Source: Malacoraja senta | Taxonomy: Eukaryota | NCBI GenBank assembly: GCA_038087875.1 | Contig: JAXLNO010000174.1 | Location: forward strand, 186,001-250,000 | Direction of reading: 5' to 3' | Length of the DNA stretch: 64,000 nucleotides | Part shown: positions 1 to 12,894 of the stretch, one piece after another | How the letters are laid out: the number at the start of each line of letters is the position of its first letter | Numbering within the stretch: the stretch's first letter is position 1 | Translations under genes and position numbers: made by a program | Notes under the pieces: generated by a model | What the model saw: the letters and a program-made list of their open reading frames with translations, nothing else | The model's database searches: none | What the model was told of the DNA's origin: nothing

Positions 1-152
1 ATGGGCTATGTAGCCCAATTCTGCTCGATTCCCTTATGACCGTATGACCTCATGAACTGAGGGGCAGGTTATGGACACAAGATGATGAGTAAATGGAAGG
101 GTTTACCAAAGGACGTGGTGGAAATATGTGCAGTTATCTATCTACATTTAAA

Positions 153-156
<4 letters not shown>

Positions 157-235
<79 letters not shown>

Positions 236-242
236 CTGTGTG
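157..242. repeat. (TG)n microsatellite
   Basis: Direct dinucleotide run. Confidence 0.97.
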
Positions 243-679
243 AGCTTGACTTGTGCCAGCCAGCAGCATTTGATTCCTCGCTACACCAACACCGCACGCA
301 GAAACGCCGAGATTTTTTTCCCATTTCGTTAGAGATTTCGCTTTTCTTTACGAGTAGCCACTCCTGATTAAATTTCGTCATGTTTATGTACACATTTTAA
401 ATACATTCCTTCTCCCCCTCACCCCCAAAATTTCACATGTTAAAAAAGAAAAGCTCTCAGCCATAGAATGTTATTGAAGGTTCCATCGTGTGATGTCACA
501 ATGCCCAATGCTCCCAGATGTCCAATCGGAATGGATCCATTTACATATGCCTTTGCAGCAGCCCAGCGCCAGCCCCACCCCCCACCCCCGCAGCCTGTGT
601 CGAAGCGCGTCATCACGTGTGTGGGAATAGAGAAAGAGGATTGGGGGTGATAGGGAATGGGGAACAGATGAACTGTCAC

Positions 680-2215
680 TACCTCTCCTCCATCCACTCT
701 CCGTTCCCATTATTTCCCCTCACTCCCCCACCCCTCTCCCCTACCTCCGCACTCTTACTCCTCCCTCCCCTACCCCAAATCCCTCCTCCCCTCCCTCCAC
801 ATCACCCACCCCCCTCCCGCACATCTCACTCTCGCTCCCCATCCCTCGCCCCCCCTCCCCATCACTCTCTCCTACCCCGCTCCATCTCCCTCTCCTCACC
901 AGCTCCCTCTGCTCCCCCTCCTACTCCCACCCCCATCCCTCTCTCCCCCACCCCCTTACCTCTCCCCCGTTCCCTCCTCCACCCCTTCCCTCTCTCCTCC
1001 TCCCCCTTCCCCCACCCCCTTCACTCAGCCACCCCCTTCCCTCTCTCACCCACCCCCTGCCCCCTCCCCACTCTTCCCCCTCCATCCACACTCTACCCCC
1101 TCTACCCCTTCCCCATCTCCCTCCTCGCCTCCCATCTCCCCCACACCTCTCTCCCCCTCCCATCTCTCCTCCCCTCCTCCACCCCTCCCTCCTCCCCCTC
1201 TCCATCTCGCTCTCCTCACCCCTCTCCCTCTCATCCCCTCCTCCTCCCACCCCACCCCCATCTCCCCCAACCCCTTCCCTCTCTACCCCACCCCTTCCCT
1301 CTCTCCCCCCGCCCCCTTCCCCCTACCCCTCAGTGCCTCTTCCACTACTCCCCTACCCCTCCCTCCCCACTCTTCCACTTCTGTCCACCCTACCCCACCC
1401 TTCTCCTTCTCCCCCCACACCTCTCTCTCCCCTCCCTTCTCCTCCATCCCCCACCCCTTCCCCTACCTCTCTATACCTCTTCCACCACTCACCTACACCT
1501 TCACCTCCCTCCCTCCTCACCCTTCCACATCTATTCCCTCCACCCCCTCCCACTCTATATCCCCACTCTTTCCCCTCTCTCCCACACCCCTCTCCGCCTC
1601 CCTCCACACTCTTCTTCCTCCCTCCCCTACCCAATCTTCCTCCTTCCCCCCGCCCCCATCCCTCCCCCTCCTCTCCCCCTCCTCCATCCCTCTCTCCTCC
1701 CGTCCCGCACCCCTCTCTCCTCACCCCTCTCCCTCTCCTCCCCTCCTCCTCACCTCCTCCTCCCACCCTCATCTCTCTCTCCCCACCCCCTTCTCACTCC
1801 ACACTCTTCCACCTCCCTCCACAATCTTCCCCCTCCCTCCCCTACCCCTCTCCTTAACCCCCCTCCCTCCCCATCCTCCCCTCCCCCACAGCTCCCCCTC
1901 CCCATCCCTCTCTCCACCGTCCCCCTTCCCTCTCTACCCCCACCCTCTTCCACTTACCCCTCTGTCCTTCATCTACCACTCCTCCTACCGCTCCCTCCCC
2001 ACTCTTCGACTTCTCTCCCCCTTTTCCCATCCCTCTCTCTCTCTTCTCCTTTCCCATTCCCTCCCCTCTCTCCCCCCACCCCTTGGATGGGGAGGGGGAG
2101 ATAGGTGTGAGGGAGGGGGGAGGGAGGTGATTAGGGAGATGGGGTAGGGGAGGAAGGTGGAAGAGTGTGGAGGGAGGGAGAAGAGTGTGGAGGGAGAAGG
2201 AGGAGAGACCCAAGA
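680..2215. repeat. Polypyrimidine (C/T) low-complexity tract, followed by a short polypurine tract that is partly its inverted copy
   Basis: About 1.4 kb dominated by C/T. The segment near 2141-2195 (ggaagagtgtggagggag) is the reverse complement of ctccctccacactctt motifs near 1598 and 1795. Confidence 0.92.
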
Positions 2216-2959
2216 AGAAATATCTGAATATGTCGAGGATCAACGAGAAAGAACACAAAACATGGAGCAAGAGACACAACAAAAATGAACATAACTGAAT
2301 ACATTTTATCTTTACCATTTAAATTGTTGTATTTTAAGTTATTTACATTTTAAGAATTAATAAACCGCGTTTCCGCTTGCAGCCCCTGTCAGTCGCTATC
2401 TCTCTGCTCTATCTCTTTGATCTTTATCTTTTTCTCTGCCCTCTCTCTCTCCTCCCCTCTGTCTTTGCACTCTCTCTCTGCCGCCCCCTCTTGACGCACC
2501 TGCGAGGTGAGGGCTATTCGTCAGTGGATAGGATGGAGATGGGATAAAAGAAGCCAATTATTTAAATTAAGATATTATCAAGGGGTGTGTGAGTGTGTGT
2601 GTTTGTGTGTGCAAGATTCCAAACCCGCAACCGTGCTTTGGAGGAACAGACTCAACTCAACTAAGCGGTGGTTAGTGTGACGCCGCAGCCCCCCCGCAAA
2701 CGCGCGTTGGGGAGACAGACCCAACGGGTCTGCACTTGGTCTAGTTACATTTAAAAGTCATATGAAATTTCATGGTTACAGATGCTTGTGAGTCTGTTCT
2801 ATCGACTGATAACTGAAATGGGCGGTCTCGCTGCGAAGAATGAACCAGACATCTTTTTATTCATGGTGTTTAGTGATACGAAAAAAAAATTGGGACTAAA
2901 ACATCGCGAGTGGTGTTCACATGGTGAATGTGACACGAATAGACATTTTAAAGGTGCGC

Positions 2960-3925
2960 GGGATATCTAATAACGACAAGACAGAGAACAGGAAGAAGTT
3001 CTTGAACGCCGTGTCCTGGTGTCGAGACAACAATCGTTCTCTCAATGTGAGCGAGAAAAAGGAGATAGTGATCGACGTCAGGGGGCGGAGCGTTATACGT
3101 ACACCAATTTGCCATGAATGCGCCGATGAAGAGATGGTTTAAACCTTCAAATTCCTGGGTGTCAACATCACCAAGATCTATTATTGGACAACCCATTCTG
3201 AAGCAACGACGAACAAAGCACACCAACGCCCGTAATTCCTCAGAAGGCTAAGGAAGTTCGGCAAGTCCACTGCAACTTTCACTAACTTCTCCAGATTGTG
3301 ATTGTAATTGTATAAGTAAATGTAATTAATTTATTAGCCAGGTATGTAAAACATACAAGGAATTGACTTGCCATGCAGTCATACCAAAAAAGCAACACGA
3401 CACACAACGACAACAATAAAATAAAATAAACATCCACCACTGCGCACTCTCATGCAAGAATATAACGTGTTATCGTCTCTCATAATTTTCCTCTGCGGTT
3501 GGGGCAGTCGCACCTTCCGCAGTCGGACAGCCGACGGTCGAAGCTCCCGCGTCAGGTCGGTCGAAGTTACTGCGGTTGTACCATAGAAAGCATTTTGTCA
3601 AGATCCGTCAAAACTTGGTTTGGTAAGAGCTCCATCGAGAACCGCAAGAAATTGCAGCGAATTGTGGACTCAGCACGGATTATTATACAAACCAACCTCC
3701 CTTCCATTGCCCCAAATCAAAGATGTCACATCCTGCTCTCACCAATCAAGCAAAATGTATAGAATGGTGAAAACGCATAGTCCAGATTGTGAGCAGTTTC
3801 TTCCCAGCTGTTATCAGGCAAGTAAATCATCCTACCACAAATGGAGAGCAGTCCTGAACATGTATCTACCTCAATGAGGACGTTCCGACAACCTTTATTT
3901 ACATTTTCCTGGCTTTACCTTTGTA
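2960..3925 (+). mobile_element. Rex1/Babar-type LINE 3' fragment, degenerate, interrupted at about 3300-3570 by a reverse-oriented SINE-like piece
   Basis: Translates to WCRDNNRSLNVSEKKEIVID, FKFLGVNIT, CTIESILSRSVKTWFG and RKKLQRIV, motifs typical of the Rex1/Babar RT C-terminal region. Confidence 0.75.
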
Positions 3926-4109
3926 GATGCTAGAAATCGGAGATATTTCCAGGGTCAACACTTGACATCGAATTACAGTCAACACTAGTTGAACGGGGGG
4001 TGGGGATGGGGGAGGAGAGAGGAAGGAGTTATTGCCCTTTTACCCGCTGCAACGAAGTGAGGTTTTACCGTTGTCTGTAGTATAAAAAAACGACGGCAGT
4101 TGCTGGTTA

Positions 4110-4212
4110 ACGCACAAAAGGACGAACGTGCTGAAGTAACTCAGCAGGTCAAGCAGCATTGCAGGGGAATAGGGATAGGCGTGGTTTTTGGACGGGGTAC
4201 GTCTTCAGACTC
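4110..4212 (-). mobile_element. Penelope-like terminal repeat fragment (degenerate)
   Basis: tgctgaagtaactcagcagg...gcagcat...tcttcagac resembles the reverse complement of the element end at 18915-19013. Confidence 0.55.
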
Positions 4213-6206
4213 TTTGACCGGCATTGAGGTGGGTTGACGGCCCCTGTCTGCAGGCGGGCGGGGAGAGGCGAGTATACCGGAAATAATGGTCGCAGTCCGC
4301 GGCCAACCTCTTTTCAAGTATGGGTTGATAGTGGCTGTAGCGGTGGCGATGGCGTAATCAGAAAGCGCGACCTGGGTTGCGGTGGGAGCGGTTGTTGGCC
4401 GTGGCTGAGGCGGTGACAGTTGCAGTGAACCTGGGGACAGTGCGAGGGCGGTGACATCGGCGGCAGGCGAGGCCGGGTGGCGGGGGCGGTGGCATTCGAT
4501 ACGGCAGTTGTGGTGGCTGCGGCGGCAGATGCTGTCGTGGCAGGTGATCGACCGAGTTGATAGTGATGCAACACCGGCGGTGCCGGTTGCGGTTAACTCG
4601 GTGGCTGGCGCGGCCGAGTGTCTGTGGCGGCTGAGGCGGCAGATGTGCTTTTGTCGACTTTTGCAGCGGCAAGCAAGTCGTTGCGGCATGAAGACGATGC
4701 CAATGCGAGCGTTCGTCGCTGCGATCTCCGGGTGAAGCGGCACCGGTGGACGGCGCTGCTTGTGGCAGGAGAAACAGCGCGAACCAACGGTGACGCGGAC
4801 GGCCGTCAGGAATTCCGGGTAACCGTTATCTTTTCCAGAGTGGTCCGGTAAACCGATGATTTATTTTACGATCAAAATAACCTCGCTCTCCTGCAATGAT
4901 AAATGAGGGGAGCCTTTGTTTTACCAAGGAAAGCATGGCGCGCAAAGCAAACCTATGTGATTCAACGATGCAGTACGGATGTAAAACTTAAATGATAAGA
5001 GTAGTATTGGCCCATTCGGACCAATAAGTATACACCAACATGCCTGGTCGCAAATATAGACCCCGCGCCGTCAGATACCCATCTGTAAAACTATTCATCC
5101 GTGGGATAATTATTGTAAACCTCCTCTGGACCCTCTCCAGAGCCATCACACCCTTTCTCAGATATGTTGCCCACAATTGCGCACAATTATCCAAATGCTG
5201 CTTCAGACGCGTCTTATAGTGTCACAGCATTACACAACTGTTTTTATTTATAAACCCTCTCGAAAGAAACACGAACATGGCGTTTGCTTTCTTTACTACT
5301 GAGTCTACTTGCAGAATTACATTTTGGGAATCCTGAATCAGCACTCCCAAATCCCCTTGCACCTCCAATTTCTCGATTATCTCCCCATTTAGAAAATAAT
5401 CTGCTCCTTTATCCCTCCTACCAAAATGCATGACTCCACTTGTAGCCACACTATATTCAATTTGCCACTTGTCTGCGCACTCTCCCACCCTATCTAATTC
5501 CTTCTGCAGAATCCTTGCTTTCTCTAACCTAGCTGCCGTTCCACCCATTTTCATAGAATCCGCAAACTTGGACACAAAGTCTTCAATTCCCTGATCCAAA
5601 TCAGTAATATACAACGTGAAGTGCAGCGCCACCAGCACCGAGCCCTTCGAAACTCCGCTAGTCACTGACAGCCAACCAGAAAAACCCCTCTTTATTAGCA
5701 CCCGTTGCCTTCTGCCATCCAGCCAACCTATTGTTTTCCACGCTAGTATCTGCCCTTTGATAGCATGGGCTACCATCGTCTTTAACAGACTCCCATTTGG
5801 CACCTTATCAAAGGCTTTATGAAAAATCTATGGACACACCATTTACTGACTCTCCTTTGTCTCTCATGCCATTTACTCCAAAGAATTCCAGCAAATTTCT
5901 CAGGAAGATCTCCTGTGCTGTCTTCTATCTGTTTTATCGTGAACTTCTAAGTGCTCCTGAAACTCATCCTTTACATTGGACTCTCGTATCTTACCAACCA
6001 CCGAAGTTCCCACAATGCTGCTTTGTTCCCTTCTTGTGCAGCAGGGTAATATTTGCAATATTTCAATCATCCGGAACCACACCTGACTCTAGTGATTCTT
6101 GAAATTTCACTACCAAGCCAATTGTTCAGAGCATATGTGTGCAGTCGATCTAGCCTAGTTGACATCTGTCTTCAGACCATTCAGCTCCGCAAGCACCTTC
6201 TCCCTA

Positions 6207-8531
6207 TATAACCATATAACCATATAACCATTACAGCATGGAAACAGGCCATCTCGGCCCTTCAAGTCCGTGTCGAACATTTTTATTATTTTTTATTTTT
6301 TAAATAGATACTTCGCCCTAGTCCCATTTACCTGCACTCAGACCATAACCCTCCATTCCTTTCCCGTCCATATACCCATCCAATCTATTTTAAAGGATAA
6401 CATCGAACCTGCCTCCACCACTTCCACTGGAAGTTCATTCCATGCAGCTACCACTCTCTGAGTAAACAAGTTCACCCTAATGTTACCCCTAAACTTCTGT
6501 TCCTTAATTCTCAAGTCATGTCCCCTTGTTTGAATCTTCCCTACTCTCAATGGAAAAAGCTTATCCACGTCAACTCTGTCTAACCCGCTCATAATTTTAA
6601 AGACATCTATCAAGTCCCCTCTTAACCTTCTGTGCTCCAAAGAATAAAGACCTAACTTGTTCAAGCTTTCTCTGTAACTTAGTTGCGGAAACCCAGGCAA
6701 CATTCTAGTAAATCTCCTCTGTACTCTCTCTATTTTGTTGACATCCTTCCTATAATTAGGCGACCAAAATTGTACTCCATACTCCAGAATTGGCCTCACC
6801 AATGCCTTGTACAATTTTAACATTACATTATATTCGATGCTCTGATTTATAAAGGGCAGCACACCAAAAGCTTTCTTTACCACCCTATCTACATGAGATT
6901 ACACCTTCAGGGAACTATGTACAGTTAATCCTAGATCCCTCTGTTCAACTGCATTCCTCAATTCTCTACCATTTACCATGTAGTCCTATTTCGGTTTGTC
7001 CTGCCGAGATGTAGTACCTCACATTTATCAGCATTAAACTCCATCTGCCATCTTTCAGCCCACTCTTCCAAATGGCCTAAATCTCTCTGTAGACTTTAAA
7101 AATCTACTTCATTATCCACCACACCTCCTATCTTAGTATCATCTGCATACTTACTAATCCAATTTTCCACACTTCATCCAGATCATTGATGTACATGACA
7201 AACAACAGTGGACCCAACACAGACCGCTGAGGCACCCCACTAGTCACCGGCCTCCAACCTGACAAACAGCCATCCACCATTACTCTCCGGCAATTCCCAT
7301 TCAGCCACTGTTGAACCCATCTTGCTACTCCACCATTAATACCCAACAATTGAATCTTCTTAATCAACCTTCCATGAGGAATCTTGTCAAAGGCCTTACT
7401 GAAGTCCATATAGACAACATCCACTGCTTTACCCTCATCAATGTCCCTAGTAACCTCTTCGAAAAATTCTAGAAGATTAGTCAAACATGACCTTCCAGGC
7501 ACAAATCCATGTTGACTGTTCCTAATCAGACCCTGCTTATCCAGATGCTTATATATATTATTTCTAAGTATCCTTTCCATTAATTGGCCCAGAACTGACG
7601 TCAAACTAACAGGTCTATAATTGCTAGGTTTACTCTTAGAACCCTTTTTAAACAACGGAACAACATGCGCAGTACGCCAATCCTCCGGCACTATTCCCGT
7701 TTCTAATGACATTTGAAATATTTCTGTCATAGCCCCTGCTATTTCTACACAAACTTCTACACAAATGTCCTCGGGAATATCCTGTCAGGACCTGGAGACT
7801 TATCCGTTTTCATATTTTCAAAAGTTTCCGCTCATCCTTTTCTTTGAATCTCATAGTTTCCATTGCTACTCTGCTTATTTCCCTTAACTCACATAATTCC
7901 ATATCCTTCTCCTTGGTGAATACCGAAGAAAATACATTGTTCAATATCTCCCCCATCTCTTTTGGCTCTGCAGATAGCTGTCCATTCTGACTCTCTAATG
8001 GACCAATTGTATTCCTTGTTATCCCTTTGCTATTAATATAGCTGTATTAACCCTTTGGATTTACTTTCACCTTACTTGCCAAAGCAACCTAATATCTTCT
8101 TTTAGCTGTATTAATTTATTTCTTAATATTCTTTTTACATTCTTTATACTCCTCAAGCACCTCATTTACTCCATGCTGCCTATAATTATTGTAGATATCT
8201 CTCTTTTTCCGAACCGTGTCCAATTTCCCTTGAAATCCATGGCTCTTTCCAATTTTTACTATTTCCTTTCAACCGAACAGGGACATAAAGATTTTGTACT
8301 CTTAAAATTACACCCTTAAATGTCCTCCATTTCTCTTCTACATCCTTCCCATAAAACAACATGTCCCAATTCACTCCTTTTAAATCATTTCGAATCTCCT
8401 CAAAGTTAGCCTTTCTCCAATCAAAAATCTCAACCGTAGGTCCAGTTCTGACCCTCTCCGTAATTATATTGAAACTAATGGTATTGTGATCACTGGACCC
8501 GAAGTGCTCCCCAACGCTTATCTCCGCCCAC
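6207..8531 (-). mobile_element. 5'-truncated CR1 LINE (RT region, frameshifted)
   Basis: [37 protein letters not shown] motifs. The 8-bp tail repeat reads ataaccat on + at about 6207-6232. Flanked by tcccta on both sides. Confidence 0.93.
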
Positions 8532-8856
8532 CTTCCCTAGTAATAGCCACTCCAATAACCTCCGCCCCCTGACTCTCTTGAATTTCAAGCACGTTGCTGG
8601 TGTCTTACACAGAGAAGACTAATCTTACCAACCACCGAAGTTCCCACAATGCTGCTTTGTTCCCTTCTTGTGCAGCAGGGTAATATTTGCAACATTTCAA
8701 TCATCCGGAACCACACCTGACTCTAGTGATTCTTGAAATTTCACTACCAAGCCAACACAATCTATAAAGCCAATTGTTCAGAGCTTATGTGTGCAGTCGA
8801 CCTAGCCTAGGTGACATCTGTCTTCAGACCATTCAGCTCCGCAAGCACCTTCTCCC

Positions 8857-11800
8857 TATATAACCATATAACCATATAACCATTACAGCACGGAAACAGG
8901 CCATCTCGGCCCTTCAAGTCCGTGTCGAACATTTTTTTATTTTTTTATTTTTATAATAAATACTTCGCCCTTGTCCCATCTACCTGCACTCAGACCATAA
9001 CCCTCCATTCCTTTCCCGTCCATATACCCATCCAATCTATTTTAAAGGATAACATCGAACCTGCCTCCACCACTTACACTGGAAGCTCATTCCATGCAGC
9101 TACCAATCTCTGAGTAAAGAAGTTCACCCTAATGTTACCCCTAAACTTCTGTCCCTTAATTCTCAAGTCATGTCCCCTTGTTTGAATCTTCCCTACTCTC
9201 AATAATAATAATAATAATAGATTTATTTATATAGCGCTTTTCAGGACTCAAAGTCGCTTTACAATTGAGAGTCAGGAATAAACAAAACAAAATAGAGCAG
9301 TAAGACAGAGGGGAGGGGAACATGGGACTAAGGGTATGCAGAGGTGAAGAGATGGGTCTTGAGGCGGTACTGGAAGATGGTGAGGGACTCAGAATTTCGG
9401 ACCGGTTGTGGGAGGGAATTCCAGAGCCTGGGAGCTGCCCTGGAGAAGGCTCTGCCTCCAAAAGTGCAGAGGTTTGATTTCGGAGTGGAGAGGAGACCAG
9501 CTGATGTGGATCTGAGGGACCGTGAGGGATGGTAGGGGGAGAGGAGCTCAATGAGATAAGGGGGAGCCAGGTTGTTGAGGGCTTTGTAGGTGAGGACCAG
9601 GATTTTGTGGGAGATCCAGTGGGAAATAGGAAGCCAGTGAAGTTCTTTGAGAACTGGGTGATGTGGTGCCAGGATTTTGTGTGGGTAATGAGTCGAGCGG
9701 CTGCATTTTGGACCAGTTGGAGTCGTTTGATGCTGCTGGAATTGATTCCGAAAAGAAGAGAGTTACAGTAGTCCAGTCGGGAGGAGATGAAGGCATGGAT
9801 GAGTCTTTCAGCAGCGGGGGGTGTGAGAGACGATCTGATTTTTGCAATGTTGCGGAGGTGAAAAAATGATGTTTTGACAACATGGCGGATGTGAGGCTCA
9901 AGGGAGAGGGTTGAGTCAAGGATCACGCTAAGGTTGCGTGCCTGAGGAGATGGGGAGACAGTGGTGCCGTCGATAGAGAGAGTGGGGTTGTTAATTTTAG
10001 TGAGTGTTGATTTGGAGCCAATGAGGAGAAATCTGTTTTGCTACTGTTTAATTTAAGGAAGTTGAGCTGCATCCAAGATTTGATGGCTGATAGGCAGGAG
10101 TTGATTTGGGAGAGAGGGGGTGGTGGGGGGACTTGGTGCTGAGATAGATCTGGGTGTCATCAGCATAGCAGTGGAAGTCCAGTTTGAAGTGACGGAGTAT
10201 ATGACCAAGGGGGAGGATGTAGATGATGAAGAGGAGGCGACCAAGAACGGAGCCTTGGGGAACGCCTTGAGTGACAGTGGCTGTGGCAGAGGTGTGGTTA
10301 TGGAGAAAGCTTATCCACGTCAACTCTGTCTAACCCGCTCATAATTTTAAAGACATCTATCAAGTCCCCTCTTAACTTTCTGCGCTCCAAAGAATAAAGA
10401 CCTAACTTGTTCAAGCTTTCTCTGTAACTTAGTTGCGGAAACCCAGGCAACATTCTAGTAAATCTCCTCTGTACTCTCTCTATTTTGTTGACATCCTTCC
10501 TATAATTAGGCGACCAAAATTGTACTCCATACTCCAGAATTCGCCTCACCAATGCCTTGTACAATTTTAACATTACATCCCTACTTCTATATTCAATGCT
10601 CTGATTTATAAAGGCCAGCACACCAAAAGCTTTCTTTACCACCTTATCTACATGAGATTCCACCTTCAGGGAACTATGTACAGTTATTCCTAGATCCCTC
10701 TGTTCAACTGCATTCCTCAATTCTCTACCATTTACCATGTAGTCCTATTTTGGTTTGTCCTGCCGAGATGTAGTACCTCACATTTATCAGCATTAAACTC
10801 CATCTGCCATCTTTCAGCCCACTCTTCCAAATGGCCTAAATCTCTCTGTAGACTTTGAAAATCTACTTCATTATCCACCACACCACCTATCTTAGTATCA
10901 TCTGCATACTTACTAATCCAATTTTCCACACTTCATCCAGATCATTGATGTACATGACAAACAACAGTGGACCCAACACATACCGCTGAGGCACCCCACT
11001 AGTCACCGGACTCCAACCTGACAAACAGCCATCCACCATTACACTCCTGCATCTCCCATTCAGCCACTGTTGAATCCATCTTGCTAATCCACCATTAATA
11101 CCCAACAATTGAATCTTCTTAACCAACCTTCCATGAGGAATCTTTTCAAAGGCCTTACTGAAGTCCATATAGACAACATCCACTGCTTTACCCTCATCAA
11201 TTTCCCTAGTAACCTCTTCGAAAAATTCTAGAAGATTAGTCAAACATGACCTTCCAGGCACAAATCCATGTTGACTGTTCCTAATCAGACCCTGCTTATC
11301 CAGATGCTTATATATAGTATCTCTAAGTATCCTTTCCATTAATTGGCCCACAACTGACGTCAAACTAACAGGTCTATAATTGCTAGGTTTACTCTTAGAA
11401 CATTTTTTTAAACAACGGAACAACATGCGCAGTACGCCAATCCTCCGGCACTATTCCCGTTTCTAATGACATTTGAAATATTTCTGTCATAGCGCCTGCT
11501 ATTTCTACACTAACTTCCCGCAATGTCCACGGGAATATCCTGTCAGGACCTGGAGACTTATCCGTTTTCATATTTTTCAAAAGTTTCCGCACCTCCTTTT
11601 CTTTGAATCTCATAGTTTCCATTGCTACTCTGCTTATTTCCCTTACCTCACACAATTCCATATCCTTCTCCTTGGTGAATACCGAAGAAAATACACTGTT
11701 CAATATCTCCCCCATCTCTTTTCCCTCTGCAGATAGCTGTCCATTCTGACTCTCTAATGGACCAATGTTATTCCTTGTTAACCCTTTGCTATTAATATAG

Positions 11801-12290
11801 CTGTATTAACCCTTTGGATTTACTTTCACCTTACTTGCCAAAGCAACCTAATATCTTCTTTTAGCTGTATTAATTTATTTCTTAATATTCTTTTTACATT
11901 CTTTATACTCCTCAAGCACCTCATTTACTCCATGCTGCCTATAATTATTGTAGATATCTCTCTTTTTCCGAACCGTGTCCAATTTCCCTTGGAATCCATG
12001 GCTCTTTCCAATTTTTACTATTTTATTTCAACCGAACAGGGACATAAAGATTTTGTACTCTTAAAATTACACCCTTAAATGTCCTCCATTTCTCTTCTAC
12101 ATCCTTCCCATAAAACAACATGTCCAATTCACTCCTTTTAAATCATTTCGAATCTCCTCAAAGTTAGCCTTTCTCCAATCAAAAATCTCAACCCTAGGTC
12201 CAGTTCTGACCCTCTCCGTAATTATATTGAAACTAATGGTATTGTGATCACTGGACCCGAAGTGCTCCCCAACGCTTACCTCCGCCCACA
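8857..12290 (-). mobile_element. Duplicate of the 5'-truncated CR1, interrupted by an L2
   Basis: Same motifs and tail as 6207-8531; SKYADDTK in ORF 10732-10929. Confidence 0.93.
9204..10300 (-). mobile_element. 5'-truncated L2-clade LINE
   Basis: GVPQGSVLG, HCYADDTQIY, HAFISSRLDYCNSL, LQLVQNAAAR. 3' tail tgtaaagcgactttgag...aagcgctatataaataaa followed by (TTA)n. Absent from the paralogous site near 6550. Confidence 0.92.
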
Positions 12291-12399
12291 TTCCCTAGTA
12301 ATAACCACTCCAATAACCTCCGCCCCCTGACTCTCTTGAATTTCAAGCACGTTGCTGGTGTCTTACACAGAGAAGACTAATGCAAAACTGTTATTTTAC

Positions 12400-12720
12400 T
12401 AGTGTAGGAAAGAACTGCAAATTCTGGTCTGAATCGAAAGTATACACAGAATCCTGGAGTAACTCAGCGGGACAGGCAGCATCTCCGGAGAGAAGGAATA
12501 GATGACGAAAGGAATAGCACATGTTTCCCTCTGTCTTCACCCCCACCCCCTTATCAGTTATCCCACCTGTCTTACTCTCTCCGACTACATTCCATCTCTG
12601 TCCCGCCCACTGCTATAACATCAGTCTGAAGAATTGGCACGACACAAAACGTCATCCATTTCTTCTCTCCAAAGATGATGTCTGTACCGCTGTGTTCAGC
12701 ATTTTGCGTCAACCTTCAAG
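12400..12720. mobile_element. Two Penelope-like terminal-repeat fragments in inverted arrangement
   Basis: 12400-12507 is the reverse-oriented end (ggagtaactcagcgggacaggcagcatctc). About 12525-12718 is the forward end with a decayed cagtctgaagaa...aaaacgtca motif. gttatt lies on both flanks. Confidence 0.65.
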
Positions 12721-12894
12721 TTATTCAACATCTCTGCCAATGTTTTATTCCCCATTGGCACTTGTCATGAATTTTCCATCTGCCCAGCGTCCACACATGT
12801 CTCTTTCTTAACCGTTATATAACTGGAGAAATTCTTGCTACTGTTTTTAAATAATTAGCGAACTATCATTCGTATATCATCTTTTGCCCTCGTG

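Larger units (their letters stand above)
137..2744 (+). mobile_element. Non-autonomous Helitron-like element (complete)
   Basis: 5' end A|TCTATCTACATTTAAAACTC followed by a microsatellite. 3' end has hairpin CAGACCC-AAC-GGGTCTG (2716-2732) 8 nt before CTAG|T (2741-2744). Removing it rejoins an old CR1-like tail (tggaagggtttaccaaaggacgtggtggaa...gtta|ttacatttaaaagtcat) at an A|T site. Confidence 0.75.
5989..12380. repeat. Direct tandem segmental duplication (copy 1: 5989-8622; copy 2: 8623-12380)
   Basis: Both copies start tcttaccaaccaccgaagttcccac and end tcttacacagagaagactaa. They are near-identical throughout except for the L2 insertion in copy 2. Confidence 0.93.

Noticed and set aside
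93..393. Cys-Val and His-Thr repeat ORFs (also near 27800-28080 and 35540-35900)
   Set aside because: Translations of (TG)n microsatellites.
518..2104. 528-aa Pro/Leu/Ser-rich ORF (extensin-like appearance)
   Set aside because: Artefact of the C/T tract, which rarely forms stop codons; no domain structure.
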